32,000 bases of DNA, taken from NCBI RefSeq assembly GCF_000020385.1, contig NC_010814.1, positions 1,920,001 through 1,952,000 on the forward strand, written 5' to 3'. The position numbers and the translations under genes are program-made. Every line of letters starts with the position of its first letter. The stretch's first letter is position 1. The notes under the pieces are model-generated. The model did not search any database and was not told the origin of the DNA. It saw only the letters and a list, made by a program, of their open reading frames with translations. The DNA comes from Trichlorobacter lovleyi SZ (GTDB taxonomy: Bacteria > Desulfobacterota > Desulfuromonadia > Geobacterales > Pseudopelobacteraceae). Of this stretch, positions 1 through 9,426 are shown piece after piece.

Positions 1-1335
1 CCGGAACAGGGCGCCGCCGCCAGGATTATCAAGGATGGTGACCAGGCCGCCATGGGCTTCGACAGCGGCCTTGGTGATGGAGAGCCCCAGGCCGGTGCCC
101 CCCATTTCACGGGATCTGCCGTTATCGAGGCGGTAAAAGCGGCCAAAGATCCGTTCCTTTTCGGCGTCAGGAATACCTGGGCCGTTATCGGCCACGTCCA
201 CCACGGTGTTGTCATGGCTGTCACGGTACAGGGCAACCTGAATGGTGGTCTGCTCCGGAGAGTACTTGATGGCGTTATCCACCAGATTCAGGAAGGCGCG
301 TCTGAGCATGCAACGGTCGGCAGGGATCGTGAAGTCCGTACGCCGTTCAAACAGGATCTGCTGCTGCTTCTCCTCAGCCAGTACCGAGAGGAATTCAACC
401 ACATCTGCCAGCAGTTCGCCGATTTCTGCCGGTTCTTTTTGTAGGGTAGAACCGTCGGCGCGGCTTAACAGCAGCAGCGATTCAATGGTCTGCACCAGCC
501 GGTCGGTCTCTTCCAGCATGCTGCCGATGGTCTCGCGGCATGCCGGGTCGCCAGACTGTTGCTGCAGGGCGGTCTCGCCAATACTGCGTATGGCGGTCAG
601 TGGCGTGCGTAGCTCATGTGAGGCATCACTGGTAAAGCGTCGCATTTGCTCAAATGAACCTTCCAGTCGGCTGAAGGTCTGATTGAAAATCGTTGCCAAT
701 TGACTGAATTCATTGCTGTCGGTGCTGACCGGAAGGCGTGCCGAGAGGTTTTCAGCGCTGATTTCCTGTGCCTTTGAGGTGATCGCTGTCACCGGTGCCA
801 GTACCCGTCCTGCAATCAGATAACCGACCGCCAGGGAGAGGATAATTGAGACCGGCATGATCAACAGGATAATCAGTGCCAGGGTGTTCAGGGTGCGGCG
901 GTAGCTGCTCTTTTCATGGGCTACCACGATCTGGTAGAGATGCTCACCCCGGGTGACCAGCTGGCTTTGAATCCGGTACAACTGTTTTTCCTGATTGCTG
1001 ATTGTAAGCGGTGTTGGGGCCGGGTTACCGTCACTCAATACGGCGTCAAGCCCTGCCTTCTGCCACTCCAGTGATATTGCCAGAGGCCGATTGCCATCCC
1101 GCACCCTGAAGAGATGTACCGGTCCCATCACGGCAAGTTTCTGGAGTCCGTTCGGGTCCTGATGTAGATAGCCGGTCAGGGTCAGCAGATCTTTACGCAG
1201 GTGGTTGTTGATCTGCCCGATCAGCATCTGCTGGACGAAAAAGTAGATGCCGCTTGAGAACAGCAGCACCGTTGCAATCAGGGCAGCGCCATACAAGAAG
1301 GTAAAGCGGAGGCGAATGTTACTGAGCCGCGGCAT
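1..1335 (-). CDS. Two-component sensor histidine kinase, CusS/CopS-like (heavy-metal sensor family); C-terminus runs off the left edge of the window
   Basis: This gene is not in the ORF track because no stop codon lies inside the window. Hand translation of the minus strand from the ATG at 1335 gives MPRLSNIRLRFTFLYGAALIATVLLF (TM1), a loop of about 130 aa, TM2 LALIILLIMPVSIILSLAVGYLIA and a HAMP-like linker. Kinase motifs are present: H-box FTSDASHELRTPLTAI, N-box FLNLVDNAIKYS, G1 VADNGPGI and G2 GGTGLGLSI. The frame stays open to nt 1. The start overlaps the regulator stop by 17 nt. Confidence 0.85.
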   Translation of the reverse strand, partial: MPRLSNIRLRFTFLYGAALIATVLLFSSGIYFFVQQMLIGQINNHLRKDLLTLTGYLHQDPNGLQKLAVMGPVHLFRVRDGNRPLAISLEWQKAGLDAVLSDGNPAPTPLTISNQEKQLYRIQSQLVTRGEHLYQIVVAHEKSSYRRTLNTLALIILLIMPVSIILSLAVGYLIAGRVLAPVTAITSKAQEISAENLSARLPVSTDSNEFSQLATIFNQTFSRLEGSFEQMRRFTSDASHELRTPLTAIRSIGETALQQQSGDPACRETIGSMLEETDRLVQTIESLLLLSRADGSTLQKEPAEIGELLADVVEFLSVLAEEKQQQILFERRTDFTIPADRCMLRRAFLNLVDNAIKYSPEQTTIQVALYRDSHDNTVVDVADNGPGIPDAEKERIFGRFYRLDNGRSREMGGTGLGLSITKAAVEAHGGLVTILDNPGGGALFR

Positions 1336-2017
1336 GATCATCCTCGGCAGTTGCCATAAAACCGACACCACGGATGGTGCGGATCAGTTTCAGCGGGAAG
1401 GGGCCATCCAGCTTACGGCGCAGACGGGCGATATTGACGTCAATGACATTGTCAAGCGGTGTGGAGCGCTCTCGCACCTTCCAGACATCATGGGCCAGCA
1501 TCTCGCGGGATACCACATGTCCCTGATGCCGCAGCAGATATTCCAGCAGTTCGAATTCACGGGAGGTCAGGTCAAGCAGCTGCCCGTCACGGAGGGCCTG
1601 GTGGGTCGGCAGGTTCAGTTCAAGGTCTGCCAGCGTCAGCACGTTAGCCGTTTCATGTCTGCCGCGCCGCAATAATAGACGTATCCGTGCCAGCAACTCA
1701 GGAAAGGCAAACGGCTTGACCAGGTAGTCATCGGCACCGCTGTCCAGGCCCAAGACCCGGTCTTCAACCGTGTCCCGCCCTGTCAGAATCAGTACTGGCA
1801 GGGTAAAACCCTTGGCCCGCAACGTCTGTAATACTTCCAGACCATCATGGCCCGGCAGCATCAGATCAAGCAGCATCAGATCAAAATAGTCGGCATTCAG
1901 GCAAAAAAATCCCTCTTCACCGCTGGCTGCGGTGACCACCTGATAGCCTTCTGCCTCAAGCCCCAGCTTCAGTGCTTCAGCAATCTTGCGCTCATCTTCA
2001 ACCACCAGAACACGCAT
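1319..2017 (-). CDS. OmpR-family response regulator, CusR/CopR-like
   Basis: 232-aa ORF. The receiver domain reads MRVLVVEDE...[10 protein letters not shown]. The segment [24 protein letters not shown] is nearly identical to my recollection of E. coli CusR ([24 protein letters not shown]). A C-terminal winged helix is present ([13 protein letters not shown]...IRTIRGVGF). The SD AAGGAGAAAG lies upstream of the ATG. Confidence 0.9.
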   Translation of the reverse strand: [232 protein letters not shown]

Positions 2018-2079
2018 GACTTTCTCCTTGATGTTCCAGTTGTAGCAGGCTGTCTGCAGCTTGGCAACTTACTGAATCC

Positions 2080-2093
2080 TGACATTTCTGTCA
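2080..2093. promoter_or_regulatory. Candidate CusR-box-like operator (TGACA-N4-TGTCA) upstream of the regulator/kinase operon
   Basis: The plus strand reads GAATCC-TGACA-TTTC-TGTCA-GAATCC, 64-77 nt upstream of the regulator ATG. The core and spacing match the E. coli CusR/HprR box (TGACAA-NN-TTGTCA, i.e. TGACA-N4-TGTCA). Confidence 0.4.
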
Positions 2094-2218
2094 GAATCCA
2101 GCAACTGGCTGCATCTGCTGTGATGTGACTTCATTGGGCATGCTGGACAAGGAAAAAAGCAGGATTACTAACAAAGATTAGATACTCCCCCCGGTTATCA
2201 GGTGGCTGACTGTTCGGC

Positions 2219-3040
2219 TCAAGGCTCCGTAGGGGACTCTTGCGGTCCTCCACGGTGCAGTTCCTGTTGGTTTGCAAGAGCTTGTGCCCGTTGCAGATGC
2301 AAGCGTATTGCCGTTACTGTTTTAAGTACATCATTCTGCTCCTGTATAAACCAGTCCGCCTGGCTTGTAGCACTTTTCCCTACCCGTACAGTCAGGATAT
2401 TGCCCTGTTTCAGGGCAAAGACATCTTCATCCGTCTCATCATCACCCATGAAAACTGCTGAATCCATGCCTGCCAGGTGCATCAGCTCAAGTAAGGCGTC
2501 GCCTTTGTGAGGGGCATCGTAGGGCACCAGGTTGATAACACATTTCCCCTCAACCACGCGAGGTTCTGGCGTCAGCTTATTAATCATATGCATCAGGCGA
2601 TGATATGCCTGTTCCCGGCTGGCTGTGTGCCGATAGTGAACCGACAGGCTTGTGCCTTTGTCTTCGAGCAGAATCCCGGCATCAGATGTCTCAAGACTCT
2701 GCAACAGCTGCATTTTCCAGTCCTGGCTGAGCTTACTAAAGCGTGTTTCCGCCTCCTTCCACAACGGTAGCCCTTCGGCCCCGTGATTGCCGATCAGGTA
2801 ATGGGGAGAAATTTCAAGAAAACGCATTGCATCACGTCTGTTTCTGCCGGTTATGACGGCAACCGGCAGATGTTGCATAATAATCTGTAGTTCCTGCTGC
2901 AATTCATCTGCGACCTTGATCTCGTTCGGGTCAGGACTGATGGGAGCCAGCGTGCCATCCAGATCAAAAGCCAGCAATGTCCGGGGCGTTATAAAGTGAC
3001 AAAGCGTCTCAAGTCCCGCTGTGCTGAGGATATCTTTCAT
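2219..3040 (-). CDS. otsB: Trehalose-6-phosphate phosphatase (HAD superfamily)
   Basis: 273-aa ORF with HAD motif I LAFDLDGTLAPI, motif II VAVITGRN, a lysine region PHKGDAL and motif III FMGDDETDEDVFAL. These are typical of the OtsB / Trehalose_PPase family. Confidence 0.85.
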   Translation of the reverse strand: MKDILSTAGLETLCHFITPRTLLAFDLDGTLAPISPDPNEIKVADELQQELQIIMQHLPVAVITGRNRRDAMRFLEISPHYLIGNHGAEGLPLWKEAETRFSKLSQDWKMQLLQSLETSDAGILLEDKGTSLSVHYRHTASREQAYHRLMHMINKLTPEPRVVEGKCVINLVPYDAPHKGDALLELMHLAGMDSAVFMGDDETDEDVFALKQGNILTVRVGKSATSQADWFIQEQNDVLKTVTAIRLHLQRAQALANQQELHRGGPQESPTEP

Positions 3041-3167
3041 ACCATTTTTCCGATCCGATTTTGCGTCATTCCGTCAAACATTGTGACAATGACAGGGCTG
3101 TTTTTAAGCCGGTTATGCGGCCATGAAGAAGCTGAACTGACTTCGATCACCTGCATCACCACTGAAA

Positions 3168-4604
3168 TCAGATAATCTGGCCCAAGCGAAACTGGCGCTG
3201 CAGATACTCCTGGAAGGAACGAACCTTTTCCAGAGCTGACTGCAGACGGGCCTGCTCCAAACCATTTAACTGTACGTGGGTAATCCGGTTGTCCGGGGTG
3301 CGCCCTTCCTGAATGGCCTCAATCTGGCTCTTTAACCTGAAAAAGACCAGGGCATGGTAGGCGGCTGTCAGGTCATCGGCATCATGGGGCTCCATCAGCT
3401 TCGCCTCAACCAGCCAGTTGATCCGTTCCAGGGTGCTGTGTGCCTGAATTCCAACTGACAGGGCCAGGAGCTTGATTCCCTCGGTGATACTGAAGATCCC
3501 GGCTTTTTTCAGGTCAAGCTGTCCCCTGTGCTCCCCTCTCTCTGTCTTGACCTTTCCGAGCCAGCTCAGCGGCACCTTGAAACGAAGCAGGTTGTTCAGC
3601 ATATGTCCCAGATAGAGATCATTTCCCTTCAGTCTGCCGCCGATATAGGTACGCAGCTCTTGTTCAAGGCCGGTATCTCCCGTCAGCATGCGTAGATCGC
3701 TAACCATGCTGACCTTCATGATATGGTCCGGTGTCGGGGTGTCAAACCACTGATCGAGTGTTTTCTTCCAGCCTGACAGTGGTAGCCGCCAGACTGCGTT
3801 GTTGGCCATGATGCCGCCAGGGCAGGGTGGAATGCCGATTTTGATTACGCATTCGATCAAGGCATCGGAAAAGGCGATGATTCGTTGCAGTTCAGCGGGT
3901 GTCAGGTCATCTGCATAGATCAGGGCATTATCCTGGTCGGTGGTCAGGGTCTGCTCGCCACGTCCTTCGCTGCCCAGCACCAGAAAAGCAAAACGGCCGG
4001 TCAGATCGCTAAATGTCCCTTTACGTAACAGCCTGATCAGACGGAGCATGATCTGATCGTTCAGGTGAGCAATCAGCCGTACCAATTCGTGGATGCGCAC
4101 ACCGGTGCCAAACAGATGGACAACCAGCTTTTGCACTTCCTGGTGCAACTCCCTCAGGCTGTCAATGGTTTGAGCCTCTTCGATGCGGCGTACCAGCCGC
4201 TGGGGGGAGTTGGTCTGCAGACGCAGGATGTCTGAGTCGGTGATGATCCCGATCAGGCGGCAATCAGGGCTCACCACCACGATCCGGTGGATGCCGTGGC
4301 GGGAGATGCGGTGCAGTGCCTCAAACAGAAACTCCTGTTCGCCGATGGTGATCAACGGGCTGGTCATGATGCTGCTTACGGTCAGACTGCAGGGATCGAT
4401 CCCTTTGGCCACCACCTTGTTACGCAGATCACGATCGGTTACAATTCCAACCGGCCTGTTGTTGTCACAGACCACCAGACTGGATATGCCTTGATCACTC
4501 ATCCGCAGGGCGGCCTCCACTAACTGGTCGTCAGCTCTACAGGTAGCCACCTCGCGACGGCAGTACTGTCCTACCGGTTGAAACAGGATATTCTGATCAG
4601 GCAT
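3168..4604 (-). CDS. CBS-pair protein fused to a DUF294-type putative nucleotidyltransferase (DUF294 + DUF294_C architecture)
   Basis: The N-terminus carries two CBS motifs (ALRMSDQGISSLVVCDN..GIVTDRDL; ALHRISRHGIHRIVVV..GIITDSDIL). They are followed by a nucleotidyltransferase signature, FLVLGSEGRGEQTLTTDQDNALIY (G-x-G-R-x-E...DxD). I place the start at the internal ATG at 4604 (MPDQNILF) rather than the track start at 4640. That ATG has the SD GAGGT 6-7 nt upstream and does not overlap the upstream gene. Confidence 0.8.
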   Translation of the reverse strand: MPDQNILFQPVGQYCRREVATCRADDQLVEAALRMSDQGISSLVVCDNNRPVGIVTDRDLRNKVVAKGIDPCSLTVSSIMTSPLITIGEQEFLFEALHRISRHGIHRIVVVSPDCRLIGIITDSDILRLQTNSPQRLVRRIEEAQTIDSLRELHQEVQKLVVHLFGTGVRIHELVRLIAHLNDQIMLRLIRLLRKGTFSDLTGRFAFLVLGSEGRGEQTLTTDQDNALIYADDLTPAELQRIIAFSDALIECVIKIGIPPCPGGIMANNAVWRLPLSGWKKTLDQWFDTPTPDHIMKVSMVSDLRMLTGDTGLEQELRTYIGGRLKGNDLYLGHMLNNLLRFKVPLSWLGKVKTERGEHRGQLDLKKAGIFSITEGIKLLALSVGIQAHSTLERINWLVEAKLMEPHDADDLTAAYHALVFFRLKSQIEAIQEGRTPDNRITHVQLNGLEQARLQSALEKVRSFQEYLQRQFRLGQII

Positions 4605-4617
4605 GGGATACCTCGCT

Positions 4618-6933
4618 CTACAGGGAAATTGAATCTGCAACGGGGACGCTGCTGCCTATTCCGGATTCCTGGCCGAGCCAGAGTTTGAGATTGCGAATCT
4701 GCTCGGAGGAGCCCAGCACCAGCAGTTCGTCTCCGGTGAACAACGGTTCCTTGCCGGAAGGATTAATGATTTTGTGTCCGCCACGGTTGATGCCAACCAC
4801 CAAAACTCCAGTATGAAGTGGTATGTGCAATTCGGCAAGGGAGGCGCCGGAGCGGCGACTGAACGGCATAAGAATCGACTCCAGACGGGCGACTTCAAAA
4901 TCGCTCATGCTTTCCGCTTCCTGCAACCTGTCCAGCTCGGTTCGTAATGATTCAATCTGCTCCCTGGTACCCACCAGCAGCAGACGGTCGCCGGCGTAGA
5001 GCGCTGTGGCCGGTTTGGGATTTATAATGGTATGGCCGTGTCGTTCCAGCTCAAATATAGAGCAGCCAAAACGGGACCGGATGCGCAAATCGGCAATGGT
5101 GCTGCCCGAGCAGGCAGCCTGATCAGGAATTACAACTTCCTGCAGATTGATCTCCCAGTCGCGGGAATGTTCTTCCCACTGTAGCAGCCGTTGCTGATTT
5201 GGGGGAAGGTTGGCGACAAAGACATCTTTCAGCGAATGCTGCCATTTGCTGTGCAGGTAGATCAGTCGCCGTGAAAATATCAGTACGACCAGTGCAAGCA
5301 TCGTTGCTATGGCCAACCAGAGCCAATGCGGTAGTGCGGCCATTGGTATGATGCTCGAAAGCCAATAGGCCATCACCAGTGCGCCAAACAGTCTGAGGCC
5401 GTTTTCGATGATCAGCCCTGGAAGGTTCATCCGGGCATAGGCCCGCTCGGCAACGATCATGGCCAGTACGGTGATGTTGCGCCAGACGGCAAACAGCGGG
5501 ATCAATACCATCAGTCCCAGTACGGACCAGAAGGCGATATTCAGGGCCAACGGCGACAGCAAACCGGCCAGGGGACTTCGCTGTACCAGCGATAGAAATG
5601 TCTGTGAAAACAGAACCATTCCGGTGACAAACAGCACTTCAAGTGCAATCTGCATGAGCTGTTTTCTGCTTAATCGCCACCAGAGCTGATTTCCACCCAG
5701 ATCGGCAAGTTGAGCCAGCCAGTTGTGGTAGAACGTCAGGACGCGGCTGATCCAGGCAGGCTCTTTCTGCTCGATCCAAACCAGCAGCGGCTCGGCATGG
5801 CGGTTAAGCAGGGGGGTAACCAGCACCGTCAGGATCGAAACTCCCACTGCAATCGGGTAGAACTCAGCAGGCAGCACGAGTTTGCTTACCCCCAGCTGTG
5901 CGATCACAAAGGTGAACTCTCCCAATGGTGTCAGCAACAGGCCGGCCCGGCGTGCGACATGGATCGGCGTCCCCACCAGGATCAGGGCAAAGCCGGTGGA
6001 GAGCATCCGCGCCAGCAGCGTGAACAGTCCAAGGGCCAGGATCCAGGGCCAGACTTTCAGCAGCAGGTGCACTTCAATCATCATGCCGATAGAGACGAAG
6101 AAGACGCTGCTGAACAGGTCGCGCATGCCGGAGAACGACTTTTCAACCTCTCCCTTCTGGGGCATTTCCGCTACGATGGCTCCCAGCAGGTAGGCTCCCA
6201 GAGCCAGCGAATAGCCGGCCTTGACTGCCAGCAACGCCATCAGTAACAGCACCCCGGCTACCATTATGGTCTGCAGCTCCGGATCGGCCCTGGTTTCCAT
6301 CTTGCGCAGCAGACGGGGGACAAAGTAGAGCCCGATCATCACCAACAGCACCACAAAGGCGCTCAGACCGGCCAGCAGGCCCGGTACGTCGCTGCCACCG
6401 GAACCGGAATCAGCGCTGTAGCTGCCGAGTATGGTCAGCATTACCACCGCCACCACGTCTTCCAGTACAGTGATACCCAGCGCCGACTGGCCGGATTGAT
6501 CGCGTCCCAGTTGCATGTCCGCAATCACCTTGGCAATCACGGCCGAACTGGAGACCATGAAGAGTGCGGCAACAAAGAGGGTCTTGGCAGGAGGCCAGCC
6601 CAGTACGGCACCCAGCATCTGGGTCAGGTTCAGCATAAAGAAGGCGCCGAGGGCGGTGGCCAGCAGCGTGGCCGTTCCCAGCTTCTGTAGTTTGGTGAGG
6701 CTTAAGCCCAGGCCGATGGCAAACATCAGAAAGACCAGACCGAGCTGTGAAAGGGTTTCAATCCGCTGGATATCCAGCACCAGAGAAAAAGGAGGGGTGT
6801 GCGGACCGATAATGATGCCTGCCACCAGGTAACCTACGATGACCGACAGACCGATCCGCCTGCAGAGCATACCGGCGCAACCTGCTACTAACAGCACAAT
6901 GGCCAGATCCTGAATAAACGTTATGCCATCCAC
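4618..6933 (-). CDS. CPA2-family cation:proton antiporter (Kef/YbaL-like) with extra membrane segment and two C-terminal RCK_C (TrkA-C) domains
   Basis: 771-aa ORF with a GTG start at 6933 and the SD GGGGAG 5 nt upstream. The N-terminal ~390 aa are polytopic and Kef-like (IQDLAIVLLVAGCAGMLCRRIGLSVIVGYLVAGIIIGP). About 170 aa of further hydrophobic helices follow. Two repeats of an RCK_C-like module close the protein (GSTIADLRIRSRFGCSIFELERHGHTIINP...GDRLLLVG; GASLAELHIPLHTGVLVVGINRGGHKIINP...GDELLVLG). Confidence 0.85.
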   Translation of the reverse strand: MDGITFIQDLAIVLLVAGCAGMLCRRIGLSVIVGYLVAGIIIGPHTPPFSLVLDIQRIETLSQLGLVFLMFAIGLGLSLTKLQKLGTATLLATALGAFFMLNLTQMLGAVLGWPPAKTLFVAALFMVSSSAVIAKVIADMQLGRDQSGQSALGITVLEDVVAVVMLTILGSYSADSGSGGSDVPGLLAGLSAFVVLLVMIGLYFVPRLLRKMETRADPELQTIMVAGVLLLMALLAVKAGYSLALGAYLLGAIVAEMPQKGEVEKSFSGMRDLFSSVFFVSIGMMIEVHLLLKVWPWILALGLFTLLARMLSTGFALILVGTPIHVARRAGLLLTPLGEFTFVIAQLGVSKLVLPAEFYPIAVGVSILTVLVTPLLNRHAEPLLVWIEQKEPAWISRVLTFYHNWLAQLADLGGNQLWWRLSRKQLMQIALEVLFVTGMVLFSQTFLSLVQRSPLAGLLSPLALNIAFWSVLGLMVLIPLFAVWRNITVLAMIVAERAYARMNLPGLIIENGLRLFGALVMAYWLSSIIPMAALPHWLWLAIATMLALVVLIFSRRLIYLHSKWQHSLKDVFVANLPPNQQRLLQWEEHSRDWEINLQEVVIPDQAACSGSTIADLRIRSRFGCSIFELERHGHTIINPKPATALYAGDRLLLVGTREQIESLRTELDRLQEAESMSDFEVARLESILMPFSRRSGASLAELHIPLHTGVLVVGINRGGHKIINPSGKEPLFTGDELLVLGSSEQIRNLKLWLGQESGIGSSVPVADSISL

Positions 6934-7104
6934 AGTGACTCCCCTGCGCCAGTAGGCAATAGTAGATTCAGTAGCAGCTCCAAGAGGTCCGCCATCAGCA
7001 TCTGCTCCTGCGGGTACTAGCAGGCTGACGCAGGCCGCTCCATACCAACATGGACTGACACACTACAGGCGGTATACAGTTTGAAGAGATCATCATAAGT
7101 CACA

Positions 7105-9360
7105 TTACCCCCGGAAAACAGGGCTTGTCCCGATCCTCGCCGCCAGTTTTTCCCGTTGGCGCACCCGTGCCGCATCCAGCAGCATCCGTCCTGCCCAGCG
7201 GTAGACGTTGAAGTCCTGCACCAATGCCCGCATGCTGCGCATCCGTTCACGCTGTTCATATTCCGGCATGGTTAGACCCTGATAGAGTGCCTCGGCGGTC
7301 TGTTCAACATGGTAGGGGTTGACGACCAGCGCCTCGTGCAGCTCATTGGCTGCCCCGGTAAACTGGCTTAACACCAGCACGCCGCGCTCATCATCCCGGG
7401 CCGCCACAAACTCCTTGGCAACCAGATTCATGCCGTCATGCAGGCTGGTAACCATACAGACGTCGCTGGCCCGGTAATAGCGGTTGACCTGATCCGGCTC
7501 ATGGTGTTCAGCCTTGAGTATAACCGCTCCGGGGAAGCGCTGGTTGATCCGCTCGGTCAGCCGGTGTACCCGCTGCTCAAAGGCATGGTATTCTTCCAGT
7601 ACTGAACGGCTGGGGGCGGCGATCTGGATAAAGCTGAATCTGCCCACCAGTTCCGGGTGTTGCTCCAGCATCCGTTCTACTGCGCTGAACCGCTCCAGGA
7701 TTCCTTTGGTGTAATCCATCCGATCCACGCCGATGCCCAGCAGGTGATCGTCCGGCAGGCCCAGTTCAGCCAGAATCTCCGCCCTGGTCTGCTCAACCGG
7801 GGGCAGGGTGCCCTGCCACTCCGGGGGCCACTGGATCGAGATTGGATAATTTTCCACCATGGTCAGTTGGCCGCCGTGGAAGATGGTGGAGGACTCATGC
7901 TCAATACGGGTCTCCAGGTAGCGGTCTACGGTTTCCAGAAAATTCTTGCAGTGGAACGGGGTGTGGAAACCGAGGATAGTACTGCCCAGCATCCCCTGTA
8001 GTAGCTCCTCTCTCCAGGGGCAGATGCCGAATGATTCAGGGTTTGGCCAGGGGATGTGCCAGAAAGTGATGATGGTGGCCTTGGGCAGCCGCTGCCGGAT
8101 CATCTTCGGCAGCAGGGCAAAGTGGTAATCCTGCACCAGCACCACCGGGTCATCGGTGCGGGCCTCCTTGACCACGGCATCGGCAAAGCGCTGGTTGATC
8201 TTCCGGTACTGCTGCCAGTCACTGCTGCGGAAGATCGGCCGTACATGGGCATTGTGACAGAGCGGCCAGAACCCTTCGTTGGCAAAGCCGTAGTAGTAGC
8301 CCTGCTCCTCTTCAGCTGTCAGCCAGATCCGGCGCAGGTTGTACTCAGGTTTTTGGGGTGGTACCCCCACACGGTCGTCACGGTCCACGGTCTCGCGGTC
8401 AGCCGAGCCGCTGCCGTGGGCGATCCAGGTACCGGAACAGGCCCGCATCACCGGCTCAACTGCGGTTACCAGGCCGCTGGCCGGACGATGGACCACGGTT
8501 CCCTGATCCGCCTTGACATGGATGTACGGCTCACGGTTGGAGACTACCAGCACCTGATCACCGGCCAGCTGCTTGTTCAATAGCCTGCGCAGGGCAGCCG
8601 GGTTCCAGACGGTCGTCATGTCATCGGCATGGCGCCGTTCAGCTTCCAGATTACGCATCATGGCCCGCATCTCAACTACCAGCGGCTGCAGCTCCTCACT
8701 GGTCGGCTTACTGAAGGGACGCAGGATACCTTCTCCCCGCATCATGGCACGTACCCCCTCCATCCAGCCGCGCCAGCTTAAATGTGCCACAAAAACGGTA
8801 ATCAGTGAGATCACGACTCCCAGCACCACAAACAGGATGATCACGTACTTGCGTGTGTCGGCACTGCGGCGCTCCACAAAGCTCATGTCGTGCACCAGCA
8901 CCAGGGAGCCGATTTCCGCATTTTCGAAGTGTAAAGGTGTCCTGACTACATGTACCGGTCCTTGCGGCAGTTTGATCATATGATCGTTGGTTGTTGCAAC
9001 CGGCTGTTCAGGGCTGCAGGAGATCTGTTTGGGAAAGGCGCTGGTACGGTAGAGAAGTTTGCTGTCATTATCGCAAACCCCCAGGGCCAGCAACCGTTCG
9101 TCCTGGGTTGCTTTCTGCAGCAGGGCAGTGATGCGTGTGCGTTCCTTGAGAACAACCAGTTCAGCAAGCGGATCCTGCAGGGTGCTGCTGACCAGGCTCG
9201 AACGGATATCAAGGTCGCGTGAAAACCATTTCAAGGCCAGCCGGTCAACCAGAGGCACCACGGCGTAGGCCAATAGTGCCAGCGCAATTGCCAGCGGAAT
9301 GACAAAGCGCAGAGAGAGATGGAGCGAGCGGAACGAAAATTTTGACCTGTGATGATTCAT
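7105..9360 (-). CDS. otsA: Trehalose-6-phosphate synthase (GT20) with an N-terminal ~265-aa two-TM extension
   Basis: 751-aa ORF. GT20 motifs begin near aa 270: [41 protein letters not shown] and [15 protein letters not shown]. The N-terminus has TM1 [21 protein letters not shown] and TM2 [23 protein letters not shown], flanking a loop of about 130 aa. The SD GGAGG lies just upstream of the ATG at 9360. Confidence 0.85.
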   Translation of the reverse strand: MNHHRSKFSFRSLHLSLRFVIPLAIALALLAYAVVPLVDRLALKWFSRDLDIRSSLVSSTLQDPLAELVVLKERTRITALLQKATQDERLLALGVCDNDSKLLYRTSAFPKQISCSPEQPVATTNDHMIKLPQGPVHVVRTPLHFENAEIGSLVLVHDMSFVERRSADTRKYVIILFVVLGVVISLITVFVAHLSWRGWMEGVRAMMRGEGILRPFSKPTSEELQPLVVEMRAMMRNLEAERRHADDMTTVWNPAALRRLLNKQLAGDQVLVVSNREPYIHVKADQGTVVHRPASGLVTAVEPVMRACSGTWIAHGSGSADRETVDRDDRVGVPPQKPEYNLRRIWLTAEEEQGYYYGFANEGFWPLCHNAHVRPIFRSSDWQQYRKINQRFADAVVKEARTDDPVVLVQDYHFALLPKMIRQRLPKATIITFWHIPWPNPESFGICPWREELLQGMLGSTILGFHTPFHCKNFLETVDRYLETRIEHESSTIFHGGQLTMVENYPISIQWPPEWQGTLPPVEQTRAEILAELGLPDDHLLGIGVDRMDYTKGILERFSAVERMLEQHPELVGRFSFIQIAAPSRSVLEEYHAFEQRVHRLTERINQRFPGAVILKAEHHEPDQVNRYYRASDVCMVTSLHDGMNLVAKEFVAARDDERGVLVLSQFTGAANELHEALVVNPYHVEQTAEALYQGLTMPEYEQRERMRSMRALVQDFNVYRWAGRMLLDAARVRQREKLAARIGTSPVFRG

Positions 9361-9426
9361 TCAGCCTCCATATTGAGCAGTTCGGATTGTTTGAAATTGC
9401 CCACCTGATTGAGTTTGCATGGCATC

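Noticed and set aside
7017-7259. Cys-rich 80-aa minus-strand ORF ([19 protein letters not shown]...) that could be mistaken for a small redox or RiPP-like peptide.
   Set aside because: More than half of it overlaps the well-supported 3' end of otsA in a different frame. It has no SD, and its Cys/Arg/Gly composition fits an out-of-frame reading of GC-rich coding DNA.
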